DNA of 61,815 nt, the filler included, from Nitrospinota bacterium (GTDB taxonomy: Bacteria; JAUXIQ01): assembly GCA_030620925.1 (NCBI GenBank). It is 10 parts of 10 records of this genome, joined end to end, with 100 filler letters (N's around TTAATTAATTAA, not from the genome) between each part and the next. Parts side by side here need not be neighbours in the genome. Positions count along the whole stretch, not along the records: positions 57,467 to 61,815 come from JAUXIQ010000228.1; 9 more parts are not named here. One strand, given 5' to 3'. Shown piece after piece: positions 57,824 to 61,815 of this stretch. The notes below the pieces were generated by a model. The model made no database searches. It saw nothing but the letters and a program-made list of their open reading frames with translations, and was not told the DNA's origin. The position numbers were made by a program, and so were the translations under genes. Every line of letters starts with the position of its first letter. The stretch's first letter is position 1.

Positions 57824-58954
57824 GTGGAGTTCAGTGAGGAGCAGGTCCTGCTCAGGAATACCGTGCGGCGCATAGTGGCGGAACGAGTGGCCCCCAGGGC
57901 CGCCGAGACGGACGAGACGGGGGAATTCCCCTGGGAAACGGTCAAGCTGTTCTTCGACGCCGGGCTGATGCATCTTCGCATACCCGCTGAGTATGGCGGG
58001 CACGACGAGAGCATGGTGACCGTGTGCATGGTGATCGAGGAGGTCTCCCGGGCCGATCTCTCGGCGGCGACCCTTTTGGCCATGGCGGCCACCCACGTGG
58101 AGCCTCTTCGTGTTGCCGGCAGCCACGAGCAGAAGCAGTTCTGCTTCGGGAAAATTCTGGAGGGCGACCTGACCTGCATATCCATCACCGAGCCCGGCGC
58201 CGGCTCGGACGCCGCGGGTATCCAGACCCGGGCCCTGCTCAAAGGGGACAGCTACATCCTCAACGGCAGAAAACTCTTCGCCTCGAACGGTGGAGTGGCG
58301 AGCCTCTACTTCATCTTCGCCTCCACCTCGCCGGAAAAGCGGGGCAAGGGCATCTCATGCTTCTTCACCGAGAAGGGCGCGCCGGGACTTACCGTGGGCC
58401 GGGAGGAAAATAAAATGGGCACCAGGGCCACCAACGTGACCGAGTTGATACTGGAAGACCTGGCGCTGCCCCGGGAGAACCTCATCGGCGAAGAAGGGCG
58501 GGGATTGCACCTGGCCCTGGCCACGCTCAACCTGGCCCGCCTGACAGCCGCCTCCCAGGGCGTGGGGCTTGCGTCGGGGGCCATGGACTACGCCATCGAC
58601 TACGCCCGCCAGAGGGAGCAGTTCGGCAGACCCATAGCCGAGTTCCAGGGGCTGCAGTTCATGTTCGCCGACATGGCCACCAGCATAGAGGCCGCCCGCT
58701 GCCTCACTTTCGACGCCGCCCGCAAGATGGACGTCGGAGACCCGGATGTCATCAAAGGGGCGGCCATGGCCAAGTGTTTCGCCACCGACGTGTGCATGCA
58801 GGCCGCCACAGACGCCGTGCAGGTGCTGGGCGGCTACGGATATACAAAGGATCACCCCGTCGAGCGCATGATGCGCGACGCCAAACTACTCCAGATATAC
58901 GACGGCACAAACCAGATTCAACGGCTGATCATCGGCCGCGAGCTTCTGAAGTAG
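57824..58954 (+). CDS. Acyl-CoA dehydrogenase with Asp at the usual catalytic Glu position
   Basis: ITEPGAGSD, REQFGRPI, LGGYGY, ERMMRDAK, QIYDGTNQIQR. Confidence 0.93.
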   Translation: MEFSEEQVLLRNTVRRIVAERVAPRAAETDETGEFPWETVKLFFDAGLMHLRIPAEYGGHDESMVTVCMVIEEVSRADLSAATLLAMAATHVEPLRVAGSHEQKQFCFGKILEGDLTCISITEPGAGSDAAGIQTRALLKGDSYILNGRKLFASNGGVASLYFIFASTSPEKRGKGISCFFTEKGAPGLTVGREENKMGTRATNVTELILEDLALPRENLIGEEGRGLHLALATLNLARLTAASQGVGLASGAMDYAIDYARQREQFGRPIAEFQGLQFMFADMATSIEAARCLTFDAARKMDVGDPDVIKGAAMAKCFATDVCMQAATDAVQVLGGYGYTKDHPVERMMRDAKLLQIYDGTNQIQRLIIGRELLK

Positions 58955-59002
58955 TCTCCTGCAATCCCCTGCAGGAGCGCTTCCGCGCCGCATGGCGCAT
59001 TG

Positions 59003-59032
59003 TTGACAGCGGCCTTCCCCAACTGTTACTAT
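59003..59032 (+). promoter_or_regulatory. Sigma70-type promoter of the acyl-CoA synthetase-crotonase pair
   Basis: TTGACA, 18 nt spacer, TACTAT, with extended -10 TG. Confidence 0.6.
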
Positions 59033-59120
59033 GGTCTCTATACTGCGCTTCAGAGTAATCGATCGAGCGTTTTATCGACTGGGCTGTTCCGGAGTTGTTT
59101 AATACTGAAGAGAGGGAGAA

Positions 59121-60545
59121 ATGGTTGATAACACCAATCTGGACTTTTTTCTGAACCCCGCCAGCGTGGCCGTAATCGGCGCCTCCGACACCATGGGCTC
59201 ATGGGGCAACATGATCATGAGCGGCCTGGCCAGGGGGAGATACGAGGGGAAGCTTTACCCCGTAAACCCTCGTGGAGGGGAGGTGATGGGTATTCCCGCC
59301 TATACCGGCCTGCTGGAAACGCCCGGTGAGGTGGAGCTGGCGATCGTGGCCGTGCCCGCGGAGCATATATGGGGAGTGCTCGAAGAGTGCGCGGCGAAGA
59401 AGATTAAAGGCATCCTGATGATTACCGCCGGTTTCGCCGAGGCGGTTGAAAACGGCCGGGAGATGGAAGAGGAGATGGCCCGTTTCGCTGTCGAGAAGGG
59501 GATGCGCATCATCGGGCCCAACGTGAGCGGCATATACGACCAGACCACCGGTTTCTACGCCTGCCCAGCCATGCACCTGCCGGTGCGCCCCAGCAGCATA
59601 ACCTTCATCTGCCAGGGGGGGTTCGCCATTCACGAAATCATGCGCAGGGGTCATACCGACCATAAGGGTATCGGCAAGCTCATTCACACCGGCAACGAGG
59701 CGGACCTTAAACTCACCGATTTCCTCGAATACATCGGCGACGATGATAGCACGGACGTTATCCTCCTCCATATAGAAGGCATCCGCGACGGCCGCCGCTT
59801 CTTCGAGGTGGGCAAAAAGGTCGCCAGCCGCAAGCCGGTCGTCGCTTTCAAGGCCGGTGTCACCAGTGCAGGCTCCCGGGCCGCCGCCTCGCACACCGGT
59901 GCGCTTGCAGGTTCGGGGCAGGTCTACTCCAGCCTGTTCAAACAGATAGGGATGATCGAAGTCCCTAATTTCGATATTATTCTGGACATGGGCTACGCCT
60001 TAATGCAGCAACCGCCCATGAAGGGGAACCGGGTGTGCGTTGTCGCCATGGGCGGCTCGTGGGGGGTCATGATAACCGACGCCCTCGTCAGGCAGGGGCT
60101 GAAAGTTCCCGAGCCGTCGAAGAAACTGCAGGAAGCGCTCCGCCGACTCGACTTCCCCATACGCGCCTCCACCCGCAACCCCATAGATTTCGGCGCCGCC
60201 GGCGCCGGTATCGCCCAGCATAGTCTCGACCTCATGCACGAGCTTATCGCCGGCGGGGAGTTCGACGCCGTGCTGCTCCACGGCCTGTGCATGGCCGGTT
60301 TCCTGACCGAGAAGAGCCCCCCGGGCCACGAGCGGATGATCCGTTTCAACCAGGGATTGATAAGAGAATCCGTAAAGATGGGCCGGGAACATGGCGTGAC
60401 GGTGCTTCCGGTGAGCTACGTCATGGGCCAGGAGAGCCAGATATACAAAGAGATCGTCGAGGAGGGGATAGTAGTTTACAACCGCGCCGACGACGCGGCC
60501 GCCATCCTCTCCGCACTGCGTTTCTATCACAGCCGCAAGACGTGA
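59121..60545 (+). CDS. NDP-forming acyl-CoA synthetase alpha subunit (acetate-CoA ligase family, CoA-binding)
   Basis: PASVAVIGAS, YPVNP, ITAGFAE, IIGPN, GNEAD, AASHTGALAG (phospho-His), NPID. Confidence 0.9.
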   Translation: MVDNTNLDFFLNPASVAVIGASDTMGSWGNMIMSGLARGRYEGKLYPVNPRGGEVMGIPAYTGLLETPGEVELAIVAVPAEHIWGVLEECAAKKIKGILMITAGFAEAVENGREMEEEMARFAVEKGMRIIGPNVSGIYDQTTGFYACPAMHLPVRPSSITFICQGGFAIHEIMRRGHTDHKGIGKLIHTGNEADLKLTDFLEYIGDDDSTDVILLHIEGIRDGRRFFEVGKKVASRKPVVAFKAGVTSAGSRAAASHTGALAGSGQVYSSLFKQIGMIEVPNFDIILDMGYALMQQPPMKGNRVCVVAMGGSWGVMITDALVRQGLKVPEPSKKLQEALRRLDFPIRASTRNPIDFGAAGAGIAQHSLDLMHELIAGGEFDAVLLHGLCMAGFLTEKSPPGHERMIRFNQGLIRESVKMGREHGVTVLPVSYVMGQESQIYKEIVEEGIVVYNRADDAAAILSALRFYHSRKT

Positions 60546-60580
60546 AATTTTCCTCACCCTAATAATAAGGGAGGTGGCGC

Positions 60581-61429
60581 ATGGAATGGAAAACTTTGCT
60601 CTATGAGAAGACGGACGCGGTGCTGAAGATTACCGCCAACCGGCCCCATGCGCTGAACGCCCAGAGCCGGCTGATGATACTGGAGCTGGACGAAGCCTTC
60701 AGCATGGCCGTCGAAGACGAGGACGTGAGGGTGATAATAGTGGCCGGTGCGGGCAAACATTTCTCCGCCGGGCACGACATCGGCAGCGCCGAGGAAATCG
60801 AAGACCAGAAGAAACATCCCGTGGGGCCCGGCATGCCGGAGAATATGAAACGCCTCTCACACCTCTACCTGGAGACCTGTCTCCGCTGGCGGGACGTCCC
60901 CAAACCCACCATCGCCCGGGTGCAGGGCTACTGCATCATGGGCGGCCTCATGCTGGCCTCCTGCTGCGACCTGATCATCGCCTCGGAGGACGCCCTCTTC
61001 GCCGACCGCTCGGTGCGCTGGGGCGGCTCGCACGTGCAGTATTTCTCCATGCCCTGGGAGCTGGGCCCTCGGAAGACCAAGGAACACCTGTTCACGGGGG
61101 ACTACCTGAACGCGCAGGAAGCTTTTCAACTGGGGCTGGTGAACAGTGTGGTGAAACGCGAGGAGCTGGAGGAGGAGACCATGAAGCTGGCGCAGCGCAT
61201 CTCTTTGCAGGACCCCTTCGCGCTCAAGATGGCCAAGTTCTCCGTCAACCAGACGCTGGACATCCAGGGTCAGCGCCAGGCCCTCGAAGCCGCCTTCAAC
61301 AACTATATGGTGACCATCCCCCACCGCCAGACCCTGGGCACCTACGGTCCCGATGCCTGGTCAGAAGGCGTGCAGGAGCAGATAAAGAAGCGGGACGAAA
61401 AGTTCGGCGACACCAGCGCAGAAAAATAA
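60581..61429 (+). CDS. Enoyl-CoA hydratase/crotonase family protein (EchA13-like)
   Basis: NRPHALNAQ, GAGKHFSAGHD, PKPTIARVQGYCIMGGLML, PWELGPRKTKE.LFTG. Confidence 0.88.
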   Translation: MEWKTLLYEKTDAVLKITANRPHALNAQSRLMILELDEAFSMAVEDEDVRVIIVAGAGKHFSAGHDIGSAEEIEDQKKHPVGPGMPENMKRLSHLYLETCLRWRDVPKPTIARVQGYCIMGGLMLASCCDLIIASEDALFADRSVRWGGSHVQYFSMPWELGPRKTKEHLFTGDYLNAQEAFQLGLVNSVVKREELEEETMKLAQRISLQDPFALKMAKFSVNQTLDIQGQRQALEAAFNNYMVTIPHRQTLGTYGPDAWSEGVQEQIKKRDEKFGDTSAEK

Positions 61430-61552
61430 GAACAGGGAGAACCCTTTCTCGAAGCCCCGCCCTGGAGGGGCCACCCGACCCTTTCACAAAGACTTTTGAG
61501 TGCTGTACGCCGCCTTTAATCATAAGTCAAAACGCTTTTTACCGGTTTTGTA

Positions 61553-61815
61553 TCAGGAGCTGTCTCCGGCGACAGTAGCGACGACAATAGATTGCGTGCC
61601 GTTTATGCGTCCAAAAAAAGTTCCGTCATCGGCGGTTAGATACCTTTTCTCCAGATCGGATGCAGTATGGTGAGAGACAACCTTCAATCCCCTGTTAGAA
61701 AGAAAATTATCTATTTCCCCGTCTTCTATCCCGAAAGTCCAGCCTTCGCCGGTCCTTGAAACGGTTTTAACTATTCCCCTCTCACCGTAGTATCTGTTCT
61801 CACCTCTCAAAACCG
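61553..61815 (-). CDS. Probable SAM-dependent methyltransferase (leucine carboxyl methyltransferase-like), C-terminal fragment
   Basis: GEGWTFGIEDGEIDNFLSNRGL...DLEKRYL resembles the C-terminus of that family; the SAM-binding motif lies outside the window. Confidence 0.6.
   Translation of the reverse strand, partial: VLRGENRYYGERGIVKTVSRTGEGWTFGIEDGEIDNFLSNRGLKVVSHHTASDLEKRYLTADDGTFFGRINGTQSIVVATVAGDSS

Overview
This window is not one contiguous locus. It is ten assembly fragments joined by nine identical 100-nt artificial spacers (44 N + TTAATTAATTAA + 44 N), so gene neighbourhoods only hold within a fragment. The DNA is moderately GC-rich and bacterial. The hslU-argB adjacency, archaeal-type FBP aldolase/phosphatase, Vor-type 2-oxoacid:ferredoxin oxidoreductase, a corrinoid activase (RACo) and stand-alone PilZ proteins suggest an anaerobic Deltaproteobacteria/Desulfobacterota-like organism; this is inference, not a database result. 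Acyl-CoA catabolism dominates: 4 acyl-CoA dehydrogenases, 3 crotonases, a BbsEF-like CoA-transferase pair, two CoA ligases, two tandem BcrB/HgdA-like Fe-S subunits and two Mo/W enzymes. The rest is a Liv-type ABC transporter and housekeeping genes (argB/D/G/H, glnA, hup, yajC-secD-secF, hslU, SOD, nagZ). I found no rRNA, tRNA, CRISPR array, transposase, phage or defence gene, and I cannot claim a clearly new multi-gene system. The best leads are: (1) a modular set of intergenic palindromes, with GTAG-type REPs that share flanks but have different cores, and a CCCCGC-N5-GCGGGG mini-hairpin nested in unrelated repeat families; (2) two partner-less BcrB-like paralogs; (3) a receiver-domain protein ending in a chemoreceptor-like tail; (4) a PilZ paralog truncated by an 11-bp duplication; (5) a COG3044-like ATPase gene lying between yajC and secD.
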